NCBI GenBank assembly: GCA_951406725.2
Contig: OX597830.1
Coordinates: 5,518,001-5,582,000, forward strand
DNA: 64,000 nt
Direction of reading: 5' to 3'
Source of the DNA: Octopus vulgaris
Taxonomy: Eukaryota
Below the pieces are notes generated by a model. That model was not told where the DNA came from. It worked only from the letters and a program-made list of their open reading frames with translations, and made no database searches. Shown here piece by piece: positions 43,767 to 56,697 of the stretch (position 1 is its first letter; each line of letters opens with the position of its first letter). Made by a program: the position numbers and the translations under genes.

Positions 43767-44320
43767 GCCCTGATGCAGTACCAGGCAGTGGCTCTCATGG
43801 CTTCTGATCTTAACTGATTGGAAGTGTTATCATGTACATTGTTTTGTCTTGGTATAAAAGATGGGCTACAGCAAATATTCTGCTCAATACCACAGATTTG
43901 CTTGTCAGTTGTTTGACCATAACCAGTTGAGCATGTCCCTTAGTGGTTGACGATATGTGCATCTCTGATCACGAGCAGAAGTAGTGGGGGAGCATCATAG
44001 CCATGTGTTGAGAGGGATTCTTTGGGGTTTGAATAGTTCACCTCTGGAAACATGGGTGGTTCTTTCAACGTCCTTAAACAACACTTATTCAGGGACCGTT
44101 TGAGCGGGATGGGCTACTCAACCTGAAGAAAATTCTAACTGGGCCCCACCTGCAAGGTCATGTGCTGTTTATCTTAATATGAGATCACCATGTCGTGCAC
44201 ATATGGTTGTGATGCATGTGCCTGGTGTACCCTTATCAGACGGGTAGTCATGATGGGTATATTGGGCTTCGTATATTTTACCCCAGTGTCACTTTGATGG
44301 CATGAACTGCTCTCTCACTC
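43765..44320 (+). mobile_element. 556-bp non-coding (TAA)n-associated element, copy 2
   Basis: Same length and termini as 29229-29784; (TAA)n/(TGA)n flanks. Confidence 0.92.
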
Positions 44321-44389
44321 AATGATAATAATAATAATGATGATGATGATGATGATGATTATAATACTAACAACAACAACAATAATAAT

Positions 44390-44516
44390 TTTTCCTCTTT
44401 CTCTCTCTCTTTCCCCTTTTCTCTGGCCTACCAATATATACAGTACATATCTCTGCCCTAGGTATCAGGAAGACACTCGGCAAGGAATGGAAACAGAATT
44501 GAAAGAATGTTACGAT
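44390..44516 (+). mobile_element. Probable 3' UTR-only fragment of another R4/Dong-like family
   Basis: GCCCTAGG...CTCGGCAAG motif as in the 3' UTR of 60593-61067; TAA-type repeats on both sides. Confidence 0.5.
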
Positions 44517-44519
44517 AAC

Positions 44520-44561
<42 letters not shown>

Positions 44562-44562
<1 letters not shown>

Positions 44563-44637
44563 GCACATACCCAAGTTACATAGAGCTGCACTCGGTAGTG
44601 CAGTGAAAGTACATGATAAAAATAAAACTAATCATTG
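44562..44637 (+). mobile_element. Extreme 3' end (76 bp) of an R4/Dong-like LINE
   Basis: AGCACATACCCAAG..ACA.AGAGCTG..CTCGGTAGTG matches 47877-47948; between (TAA)n tracts. Confidence 0.8.
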
Positions 44638-44777
<140 letters not shown>

Positions 44778-44778
44778 T

Positions 44779-45031
44779 AATGGCAGAAATTCAAAAGATA
44801 GTGCTCATGGGAACTGCTCATATCCTACGCAAAATACTCTCTATGTAATCCCAAGGTTTAAAACAAACTTTTTTTTATTTATTTATTTATTTTTTTTTTA
44901 TGTGTTAGAGATTCACTAGTACAACACCAAAAAAAAAAAAAACCAAATATATGGCACAGAACTTCAAACCTATTGTCTCTTGAGGTCTCTGGGAGCCAAC
45001 TTGTACAGACATAAAGCAAAAGTCAAACATA

Positions 45032-45032
<1 letters not shown>
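44779..45032 (+). mobile_element. 3' fragment of an R4/Dong-like LINE (same family as 28754-29178)
   Basis: ATGGCAGAAATTCAAAAGATAGTGCTCATGGGAACTGC... and 3' UTR align with 28923-29178; between (TAA)n tracts. Confidence 0.88.
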
Positions 45033-45067
<35 letters not shown>

Positions 45068-45072
45068 TAATA

Positions 45073-47948
45073 CTCACTCAAACCCATCCAAACAGGAGTA
45101 CCACCACCCAAACAAACCCTGTGGATAAATAACATCCAAAACAAAATACAAAAAATGAGAAAAGATCTGTCGATTCTTAATGAAATCAGCAAACAATCAA
45201 CGCTACTGAACAACAAAAAGAAAACAAAAATACTCCGCAAATATAACATCACAGAGAAAGATTTACCTGAGATAAAAGAAAAGCTGAAGCAAGATATCCT
45301 TGCCAAAGCACAAAGGATCCGCCGGTACGAGAAACGCCAGCGCTTCTTCGAACAAAACAAAAAGTTCAACTCCAACCCCAAAAAGTTCTACCAACAACTT
45401 GGCAAAAATAAAATAGAAGTCACTGCAGCACCAACGGCAGAAGAATTGGAAGAATTCTGGAGAGAAATATGGTCGGCGAACGAACAACCCCAAAAAAGGA
45501 GAATCAAAATAACAAACTCGGCATCTGAACAACTTTGGACCCCCATAACAACTGAAGAGGTCACCCAGGCACTGCAATGACTAAGCAACTGGAAGGCATC
45601 TGGGCATGACAAGATCCCCAACTCCTGGTTGAAATATCTAACAGGAATGCACAACAAGCTGGCTGAAAACTTTAACAACATACTAGCAGAGCCAGAGACA
45701 ATGCCTGAATGGCTCACGAAAGGGAAAACCATCTTAATTCCCAAATCAAATGAGACAGCAAAACCAGAAAACTACAGACCAATAACCCACCTCCCTACAA
45801 TGTTCAAGGCATTTACTGCAGTGATATCGCAAAGGCTGAACAAGCACCTGGACGAAAACAAACTGTTCCCAGGAGAGCAGAAAGGATGCCGCAAAGGCTC
45901 ATATGGCTGTAAAGATCAACTAATGATTAATAAAGCCATAACTGAAGACAGCCACAGAAAGAAGAAAGGCCTCAGTATGGCCTGGATTGACTACAAAGAG
46001 GCGTTTGATAGCATCCCCCACTCATGGATCCTCGAAACATTAGCCATTAACAAAGTAGCACCAACAATCATGAAATTGATAGAGCACTCTATGAATAAAT
46101 GGCAAACAGTCCTACACCTCCAAACAAAAGAGGGACTCATGAAAACCAAAGACATCCCCATTAGAAGAGGAATATTCCAGGGAGACACGCTCTCTCCACT
46201 CCTTTTCTGCTTGGCACTGTCACCTCTATCTGATATACTAAATAGAACTGGATGCGGATATAAATGTTACGGCAAAACGATGAGCCACCTTTTATATATG
46301 GGTGACCTAAAACTATACGCTGCAAATGACAAACAGCTGGAAACACTATTAAAGACAGTTCATGGATTTACCAAAGAAATAGATATGAAATTTGGATTAG
46401 AAAAATGCGCCAAAGTAACCCTGAAAAGAGGAAAACTAGTTAAGAGTAGTAAAATCACACTAGATAAAACCAATGAAATAAAAGAATTAGACCAAAGCCA
46501 AACTTACAAATACTTAGGAATCCATGAACTAGATAAGACACAACACACACAAATGAAAGAGAAAATAAAAAAAGAATATTATAGACGAGTTAGATCAATA
46601 CTAAAAACAGAGCTCAATGCTAAAAACAAGATAATAGGTATTAACACTTTAGCTGTCCCAGTTATAAGTTACAGCTACAATATCCTTAACTGGACATGAA
46701 ATAAACTGACCAAAATAGATAGGAAAACAAGAAAAATAATGACAGGATCTAGGATGCATCACCCAAAATCTGACATAGAAAGACTATATATACAACGTAT
46801 AGAAGGTGGTAGAGGCCTTACACAACTGGAAAACTACTATAAAATAACCACCATAGGACTGCAAAAATATCTACTTCAGAAGGAAGGAAAACTGATACAA
46901 ATAGCAGCAAAACACGAGCCAAACAAAAAACTCTTCTAGTATTTAAGGAAGCTGAAAAAATACAAACAAGAAATCATACCACCTAATAAATATGAAGAAG
47001 AAGAAGATGAAGAAACAACAAAAACTATAAAACAAATGAAATCCAAACTAAAAATAGAACAGCAACGAACCATGTTAAAACGATGGCACGAAAAGCCCCT
47101 TCATGTTAAATACTGGACTAAACTAAACGCAAAAGAAATAGACAAAGAAAAATCCCAGCAATGGTTGAGAAACTCAGGACTCAAAGCCGAAACAAAGGGA
47201 TTTCTAATTGCAGCACAAGACCAAAGCCTCTCCACCAGAAATTACCAAAAACATGTAATGAAAAGAAATATAACAAGCAACTGCAGAATATGTGGAGATG
47301 GACAAGAAACAATAAATCATATTATCTCTAGCTGCCCAGTCCTGGCTAAGAAGGAATATATTCACAGACATGACAGAGTTGGAACCTACATACATTGGAA
47401 GCTATGCCAACATTATGGAATAACAACAGAAAAAAGATGGTATAGGCACACTCCAGAAAATGTCACAGAAAACGAGAAAGCAATCATACTCTGGCATATG
47501 CCGATACACACAGATAGAGAAATTAAGGCCAACAGACCAGATATAGTTGTCAGAGATCATGAAGAAAAAAAATGCTTTCTAATTGATGTATCAATACCGG
47601 CAGATAACAACGTGTCTCTAAAAGAAATGGAGAAACTATCAAAATACAAAGACCTGGAAATAGAGGTAACCAGAATGTGGAATCTGAAAACAGAAACAAT
47701 TCCTATCATAGTAGGTGCATTAGGCATGATAAAAAAATATTCAGACAAATACATAACAAAAACACCAGGACTTACAAACACATATAACATACAGAAAATT
47801 GCACTACTAGGCACTGCACACATCCTACGCAGAACACTTTCCATACAATAACCATTAGAGCATCACAACAAATCACAGCACATACCCAAGGCACACAGAG
47901 CTGTGCTCGGTAGTGAAATGAAGACACGCTATAAAAAATATACTACTG
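45073..47948 (+). mobile_element. 5'-truncated R4/Dong-like (RLE clade) non-LTR retrotransposon, ~2.9 kb
   Basis: Single reading frame with RT, CCHC knuckle and RLE, a short 3' UTR, and (TAA)n on both sides. Confidence 0.95.
45155..47851 (+). pseudogene. Disrupted reverse transcriptase-endonuclease ORF of the R4/Dong-like element
   Basis: RT motifs NYRPIT, EQKG, WIDYKEAFDSIPH, GIFQGDTLSP, YMGD (for YMDD, 46295-46306) and YKYLG; knuckle CRICGDGQETINHIISSC; RHD; RPDIVV..LIDVSIP..KLSKYKDL. The four ORF-track pieces share one frame, broken by stops at 45578, 46697 and 46937. Confidence 0.93.
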
Positions 47949-47960
47949 AATAATAATAAT

Positions 47961-48060
<100 letters not shown>

Positions 48061-48100
48061 TATTATTATTATTATTATTATTATCATTATTATTATTATT

Positions 48101-48217
48101 GAGTGAGAGAGCAGTTCATGCCTTCAAAGTGACACTGGGGTAAAATATACGAAGCCCAATATACCCATCATGACTACCCGTCTGATAAGGGTACACCAGG
48201 CACATGCATCACAACCA

Positions 48218-48220
<3 letters not shown>
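48101..48220 (-). mobile_element. 556-bp element, copy 3 (only the terminal 120 bp)
   Basis: Reverse complement of 44201-44320; embedded in (TTA)n. Confidence 0.9.
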
Positions 48221-48250
<30 letters not shown>

Positions 48251-48624
48251 CATTATATCAGTCCAAAGAAAAACATATGATATTTGAACCTATTAACGCC
48301 TCTAATATTCAAATTATTTTAACTAACTTTGTTTCTTTAAACTAATTTTATTGGCAAGTGTAATGCATGGAACCATCATTGGTTATAAACGCTACAGAGA
48401 AACTATTATAAACTTCGTTTCTGTGGCGGGTTTTTATCGTGTTTACAGAAGACTTTTCTCAGTTGACAAACATACGAAGACTTGCAAATGGCAATAGAGA
48501 AAAGTTACAAAGCTACTAGAAGTGCTTGATTTACTAAAACTAAGTATATTAAACTAACGTGTGACATCAGGGAATTACATTAGAAATGCGCATTTAGGAG
48601 TTGAGGAAATGATTAAGATATAAT

Positions 48625-48900
48625 ACTAAGAAATGAAGAATAAAATGAAAAAAATATTACAATGGGAAAGTTCTGATAACGTTAAAAATACGGAACTGAA
48701 TGCTAGAAATGAGGGAATTGGTATAAATATAGTGGATTAAAGTATCCTTGTTATAAACAATAGCCTACATAACCGGAAGTTAAGTGAATTGAAGAAGTTA
48801 TACAGAAAAGTTTGGAAACGACTGAGATTGTTCTGAAACCGATATCACAAATCTAATATAAATATGAAATACCTATTCCGTTGAGACTGTGTCTTATACA
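48625..48900 (+). mobile_element. Very degraded R4/Dong-like post-RT fragment
   Basis: EMKNKMKK..., TELNARNEGIGIN, N.KLSELKKLYRK resemble MKEKIKK..TELNAKNKIIGIN..NW..LTKIDRK at 46550-46740. Confidence 0.5.
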
Positions 48901-49379
48901 AATAGAAATTATTAGTCACATTTAGTTCCTCTGTGATTATGATAACAAAAGGACAAGATTCCGGGTTTAACATTGATGAACTTCGAAGCGGTTTCCAGAT
49001 TTTAAACCTATTATACTAAAACCTCCAATGTAAATGTTGTAAGCAAATTTTCAGGAAGACATTCTAACGAGGTTTCTATAATTTTGGTTCTATATTATTT
49101 CAAATAGACTTAGTATTGCAGCTGAAATTTCACATTAATCTGACCTTCGCAATTGGCTTAATTACATTTGCCAAAGCTTTGTATAGGCATGATTGTCACC
49201 ACATCCAAATTAATACTTGACCTAACTCAGTAGATTTATGCTTAGGCAAGAAATAGTTTTTTCTCAAATAAACGCTGTGCAAACGTTACACGATCAAATA
49301 ACTTCTGTGTCAGCTGTGGGTTAATAAACTGATTAAAAAAGCGAAACCAAATTAAATAAAAGAAATTAAACGGTGTGAT

Positions 49380-49430
<51 letters not shown>

Positions 49431-50777
49431 GACAGAGACAGAGAAAAAGAAAGAGAGGGAAAGAAGGAGGGAGGTGGAGGGAGATACAGAGAAAAGAAGA
49501 CAGAGAGGGAGGTAGAACGGAGGGAGAGATTGAGGGGCAGAATGAGGTTTCATTTAGAAAAGACCGAAATATCGATTGGGACGACGGCAGTGTTAACATA
49601 GAGCCAGACATTTTGAATACATCCCCTCTATTATACAGCGACTGGAAATTACATAGGTTAAGGTGATACAGCATTGTAAATTGAATGCGACAATTTTATT
49701 CAAGTAAGTTTCTAAATTTCGTGTATGTAGCAAGTTGTTGCGAGTAAATTATTCAGACAGCAAACTGATAGCATCACCATAAAACCAATTAGAAAAGGAA
49801 AAATGCTGAGTAACGAAGAAGACGAAAAAATATATAAACGAGATGTTTTGAAATATAGTCAATTAGCAAAGAAAATGTAGTGAGTTTTAATGAGAAAGGA
49901 AGCAATTAGATCGCCAATGTAATATTTTTGAAATATTCTTAACACACATTTTAGTAGCAATTTAAATAACAAGTCTAGACTGATGTCTTAGTAAAGTACG
50001 TGATTTTTAGGCAAGATAAGCACAATTACCAATTCATTTCGTGGATTGGTTAAAACACATCAACAAAGAAACAGAAGCAAAACCAAAATACCGATTCGGG
50101 CGTTTCACAGAAAAAAGTATAATGAACAAGCGTAGCAATAAACATCCATATTAACACCTTGTTGAATTCATTATTTGTTAGTTACTGACTCAAAGGAAGA
50201 ATAAATATCACCTGTTATTTTTAAAGATGCTATTTAGGATATATTTCTTTGGTTATCAAGGTAAAATAAGGAATGCAAAATTTTCTTGGCACCAAGAAAT
50301 TTATATCCACACACCCAACAGATTTTCACCATTATTTCCAAGAAGCTTCTAGTTTTTGATTCTGTAGAAAAGTCAGTCAAATGACATAAGACATTATTTC
50401 AACGTTTTCTGATTACAAAACCGACTTTTGAAATAATAAGCTTCGATAACTTTCTAGCGAACTTTTAGCTGCTTAAGCTTTTCATAGGAGGGATTAATTG
50501 AGATTGGTTGCTAATCCTTCAGTTTATTACTAATCTACAACTGCCATAACTGAATATTATGCTTACATAAACACGATCCTTCTAAGCAAGGATTAAACGG
50601 GACACGTATAAGATTAAAACTAACATCGCCTATTTGAAATTTATCTATTCTGTGTCATAAACGAGAGATTATGTTAAAATTCTATGGTTGAACACTATAC
50701 GTGTGCTTCCTAGTTTGAACGGTTTCAATATCACCACATTCTTCAGTGGACCATTCTACCGGATAAAATAAATACTA

Positions 50778-51000
50778 TTCTATATTTAAGGGATGAGGAA
50801 TTATATACATTATTTACATAATTTATTTTTATTTAAATTTGACGGATATTTGTCCTCCTTTTGTTGGTTATTAACACAACGTTTCGGCTGATACACCCTC
50901 CAAGACACTTGATGAAGGCCGGAGAGTATATCAGCCGTTAACAACAAACAAGATGAAGTCAAATATCGATCAAATGTAAATAATATAAATAATGTAAAAT
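50778..51000. mobile_element. Fold-back (inverted) copy of the hammerhead-bearing tail of the 55127-55533 element
   Basis: Left arm 50778-50902 is the reverse complement of the tail; right arm 50898-51000 is the tail in sense orientation; the arms overlap at CTCCA. Confidence 0.85.
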
Positions 51001-51029
51001 AAATAGTACTCCCTTATAGTTTCTTTTAT

Positions 51030-51375
51030 TTATTTCAAACATTGAACGGCAGCAATTATGTGAAAAGCCTTAAAGGATTAGTCAGACAAATCGACCACAC
51101 TAAATGCCTTGTACTTATTTTATAGTCTTCATTTGGTGAACCGTAAAGTAACGGAGCGTAAAAAAAGCAATAATGATTGCCAAACGGTGATGATAACCAC
51201 ACAAATGCACGCACCTGCATATAAACATATATACCCATATAAACATACATATACACAGGTATTTACATAAAAGTATGTGTGTGGTTGTATGTGTGTGTGT
51301 GTATGATGAGTTCCTACAGAGTTTCTGTTTTCAATTTTCACTTAGAAAGCTTTGGTCATCTCGGAGCCATGATGG
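51030..51375 (-). mobile_element. SINE family A, heavily degraded
   Basis: CTTGTACTTATTT, GAACCG..AAGT.ACGG.GCGTAAA and TTTCTGTTTTCAATTTTCACTTAGAAAGCTTTGGTC blocks collinear with 30683-30970. Confidence 0.6.
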
Positions 51376-52027
51376 GAAGAGTTTACACTAACGAATCTAA
51401 TTGTAATTGGAACCCCCAGTGATGGAATCACATTCTGGGAGTTAGGCATATTTTCAGGTTCATGAGGCTGCGATTAAAAAGGGGTATATTTTTCTCGCCC
51501 CTCCTTAATTCTTCTGTCCCTCTGCATCTACCTCTCTCTCTCTTTTCTTCCCACGTGACCGGCGTTCGGCCAAGCCTGATCTTTCTATTTTGGTCTGGCC
51601 GTTGTCCGTGCAACATCGATATTCCTCCCTGTGCCTGTGAAATCCTCTATTTCTACCGTAAGGTTTAATTTCCACACACTCCAGCTTCATTTTATTCGTC
51701 CTTATTCGAAAGACACCTGTTGTTATGTTCTGTTACTATTATTGTTGTATTTGGGTAACATTGTCCGTCTTCTTTCCGTTCTTGTTTTTTGCATACATTC
51801 GCTGCATTTTACCAGGGAATCTAATGCTCTTAGCTTAGTTTTTCCTTGGGGCTGGCCAGATTGGAGCAATCTCGAGTATAATCAGCCGAAATTGTGAAGA
51901 TAATCTGAGGAAAGAAAACTTCGAATGACCCGTCCCTGTTTTCATTGTATCTGAATGTTTTGTTGTCCTATTTTTGCATCACCTAACTGTCTGGATGTTT
52001 TGCGTTCTTGTCCCATTTTGTATTTTA

Positions 52028-52113
<86 letters not shown>

Positions 52114-52160
52114 CATATATATGTATATATATATGTATATATATATATACACATATACAT

Positions 52161-52214
<54 letters not shown>

Positions 52215-53011
52215 CTCGAACTTTAGGCTATCTACACTGTTGGATTCCATTGTAATATCAAAATTCTTCAGGTGTAGACAATCCAGGTTTCACAATGGCA
52301 GAAGCGTTGTGTGTTTAGAGAAGAGTAAAGCAAATTTAAATTAGACAAAAAAAACTTAAACTCGTCTTAAAGAATTTCTTTGTCCTCTCATTCGGATTGT
52401 ACATACACACACACACACACATAGATAAATACACACACGTACACACGTGTATATGACGTGTTCACACAATTTTCCTCTGCCAATTTCACTCCTGAAGGAC
52501 AGGTCAGCTCGAGGCTATAATAGTCAGCCCTTGTCCGAGGTGTCATGCAGTGACATCGAAGCTACAAATACAAGGTTGTGAATCTAATTTCCCTAACTAC
52601 TAATCCATTCTTGTGTCTGAATTTCTAATTAACAATAATTTTGTTGGCTTCCAACTATTGCTCAATTACTGGTTTGCTGATCAAAACCTTTCCAGCTGTG
52701 ACCATTCCGTATGTCCATACATCAAAACCTGCATTGTTGGACAGTGGACAACCATCTAATTAATTTTTAGGAGTCAATGTATGATCGGAGTTTTATTTGA
52801 CTTCTAATTCCAAGAGGCTGAGTCATTAGAGCATCCTTTGTAGGCATTCAGCTTCAGAGAAGTGTTCTCTTGTTGTTCACCTTGTTTTACTCTCATACTT
52901 GACAGAAAGGGAAGCATACAACCCCTAATTAGCAGACAACACAGCAGTTATACCGAAACCACTACTGCTGCTTGCACCACCGTCGCCGTGATTACCACCA
53001 CTGATACATAT

Positions 53012-53185
53012 TTCTTTATTACCCACAAGGGGCTAAACATAGATGGGACAAACAAGGAAAGACATAGGTATTAAGTCGATTCCATCGACCCCAGTGCGTA
53101 ACTGGTACTTAATTTATCGACCCCGAAAGGATGAAAGGCAAAGTCGACCTCGGCGGAATTTGAATTCACAGCGTAACGACAGACG
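53012..53185 (-). mobile_element. SINE family B
   Basis: Reverse complement of 60080-60245, including core and tail (TTTAGCCCCTTGTGGGT). Confidence 0.85.
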
Positions 53186-53939
53186 TCACCGTCACCATCA
53201 CGCAACCTCCACTGCTACTACAACGCCTTGACCACTGCAAACGCCACTACCACCACCTGCCATATTATGTATCGGTGCCAGCGTACGACCATCAAAAAGC
53301 GTAGAAACTTCCAGTCACGAGAACTGGTTAAATGACTAAATATCATTGAGCAGATACAGAGGTGTGGATGTATGTCGGGTCCAGAGGTTGGTAGGGAGAA
53401 TTTAAAGGTGGTTGCGTTGAAGGAGGACGCTGTGATATATTTAAAGAGCTGGACTGATGCCATTAATACACTCACAGATGTAATTCAATGTAGCTTCCAA
53501 TGGAAACTTTGATATCGTTATTATAATGAAGTTACAACATGGCTGCCGTTAGTTAACGCTAAATGTTACTGCAGTCAGTGAAACCAACACAAGATTCTCT
53601 TTGGCGTTTGGTTCATTACTGCCAGATCTCTTCCTGCACTAGCATGCCACAAGCATGTTTATATTAATCAATCTCTTTATTCCCTTCTCTGTAGCTTTAA
53701 GTCTTTAATTTTCTCTTCTCGTATCATATCGTTGACTCTCTAATAAGTGGTCGCTAACTCAGACAGAAACCGCTATACATAAATCACGACACGCGCACAC
53801 ATACACGCACGCACACACACACACACGTTTACACACACACATACATACACACAGAGACTTACACACACATGCGCATGCATTGAACACGCACGAAGAAATC
53901 GAACAAGCATGCACGCAAACACAAAATGCCTAGCTAAAT

Positions 53940-54137
53940 GTGTGTGTGCGTGTGCATGTATATATAAATATATTTGTATATATATATATTTGTAGGCATA
54001 TATGTATGTGTATATATATATATATACATGTATATATACATATATATATATATATACATATATGTATATACATATATCCATATGTATATATATATATATA
54101 CATCTATATATACATATATGTATATATATATATATCC

Positions 54138-54225
<88 letters not shown>

Positions 54226-54235
54226 ATATGTACGT
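53940..54235. repeat. (TA)n-rich microsatellite
   Basis: Direct reading. Confidence 0.95.
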
Positions 54236-55126
54236 ACATAGACACGCACACGTATTGTGTTATCGGTAAAACAGTCGCTTCAAAACGGCTACTTTGGCCA
54301 TACTGGGGCAATGACTGCAAAAAGTTGGTCGACCAACTCTTCACTGGTCCATATGTATTCGACCTTATCAGAAATAAAAAGCAAATCTGGGCTAATCCTG
54401 ATTTGAGCACGATGCACAAGGGGCTCTAATCAAAAATCTCTCGCTTCCTTTTGTATCTTTTTACTGCTTCGTGCATTTGCGGTATTTTAATTATCGTTGC
54501 AATTGCATACTAATAAGCTTTGGTAAATATATCGACTGGATTCACTCCTTAATCAATATCCCCATCTAACTGAATGCCCCAACCTTATTAACATCACTAC
54601 AATATTCTCAGTTTTAATGACCCACTGAGATTATTAATATTAACGAATTTTCTTCAGCAACATGGGCTGCACGCGTGGCTGTTCCGTCCAGAAGATCACT
54701 TCGCTCACGTGTACATCTTTATAAAGACAAGTGTATTGTGCCAGGTGTGTCATTCTCTATAAAATGGTAGGGTGCATTTTGACTAAGGTAGGGTGCAGTT
54801 TGCTGCTATGTCTAGCAAGTTGAATGCCTGCACTTTTATAGAGAATCACCTGTAAAATATTGTTATTAAAAGATCCAATATATACATTTGCTTTTCTAAA
54901 TGGTTGGATGTAATATTAGAAAAATTTGGATCATACAATTAAAATACAAAAGGAAAACACACACCTGTAATTTCAAACTTTCCTGCTGCCAGGAACCTTT
55001 ATATCGAAATGAAAGTTTTCAAAGGGCCCTATGATATTCTAAGTCATGTGTACCCAACGAATTTGAGCACAGCTAAGAGGTCACAAAAAGTCAGCGTACC
55101 TGAGGTTACAAACTGCAGACATATAG

Positions 55127-55268
55127 TTCTATATTCAAGAGATGAGGAATTATGTACATTATTTACATTATTTACATTTGATGGATATTTGCCCCTCGGG
55201 GATATGGCGTAGTGGTTAAGAGTGCGGGCTACTTAACTCAAGAATCCGAGTTCGATTCCAGGCAGTGA

Positions 55269-55361
<93 letters not shown>

Positions 55362-55533
55362 TAATAATAATAAGAATGACATCGAAAAATACCTTAGGTA
55401 TGAGAACCCAGGTTAGAAATTTCTCCAAGACATCTGATGAAGGCTGGAAGATATATCAGCCGAAACGTTCTGTTAACAACAAACAAGATGAGGACAAATA
55501 TTCGTCAAATGTAGATAATGTAAATAATGTGCA
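55127..55533 (+). mobile_element. tRNA-headed SINE-like element with internal (TAA)n, hammerhead-bearing tail and upstream inverted copy of its 3' end
   Basis: Inverted tail 55127-55197; tRNA-like head 55198-55270 with A box TGGCGTAGTGG (55205-55215) and B box GAGTTCGATTCC (55248-55259); (TAA)n 55273-55372; tail 55373-55533 with hammerhead motif. Confidence 0.8.
55429..55474 (+). ncRNA. Minimal type I hammerhead ribozyme motif
   Basis: GACAT-CTGATGA-A-GGCTG-(10 nt)-CAGCC-GAAA-CG-TT-CTGTT. Intact core, 5-bp stem II and palindromic ACGT stem III; the first stem I pair is mismatched in this copy but is ACAC/GTGT in the 50.9-kb copy. Confidence 0.65.
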
Positions 55534-55706
55534 AACGTAGATACTCACACTGTAGATTTGTGCTGGAGAAGGAAGAGGTAAGAAGAGAGCACTCAGACAT
55601 TGATTCGAAATTGTGGGAGTTATATTCACTTGAACATAGTTTAATCCTGCTTACGTTATATATGTACGTATGTATGTATATGTATATACACATCTGTATT
55701 TGAATG

Positions 55707-55744
<38 letters not shown>

Positions 55745-55922
55745 AGTGTGTATGTGTGTGTATACGTGTGTCTAGACATACATGAAGGTAGACACTTGTT
55801 ACTTGTTACTTTCCATCGACACGATTTTAACACAAATTCTCAATAATAACGTTATATCTTTTGTATTTACACACACAAACTCACACATGCACACGGGCTA
55901 GGACACTCACATGCATATATAA

Positions 55923-55956
<34 letters not shown>

Positions 55957-56186
55957 GTGTATGTATGTATATATATATATACATATTATATATACGTACA
56001 TATATACATATATATGTATATATTTGCAACTGTGTTATATATATTTTTATAGATAATATATATAAGATATATATAATCAATATAAACACACATAATTTAT
56101 ATATGCATGATAATGTATATATACATATGTCCCTCTTTCTTTCTCTTTCTCCCACTCTCTGTATATATATATATATATATATATAT

Positions 56187-56235
<49 letters not shown>

Positions 56236-56409
56236 CATCCGTACATATACACATACGCATATATATACACATATACACATAAGTATGTTCTTAGATACAA
56301 ATTATTTGACAATGATTGATACAGTCTCTGGGATTTAATTTGTCAACGCGATTGCTTTTTCAAAAATTGCTTTTATTCAATTTGCGAGGACCAAGAATCT
56401 TTATATTAA

Positions 56410-56697
<288 letters not shown>

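Noticed and set aside
55198-55270. Functional tRNA gene
   Set aside because: A and B boxes are present, but there is no proper acceptor stem or cloverleaf and no oligo-T terminator; treated as a SINE head.
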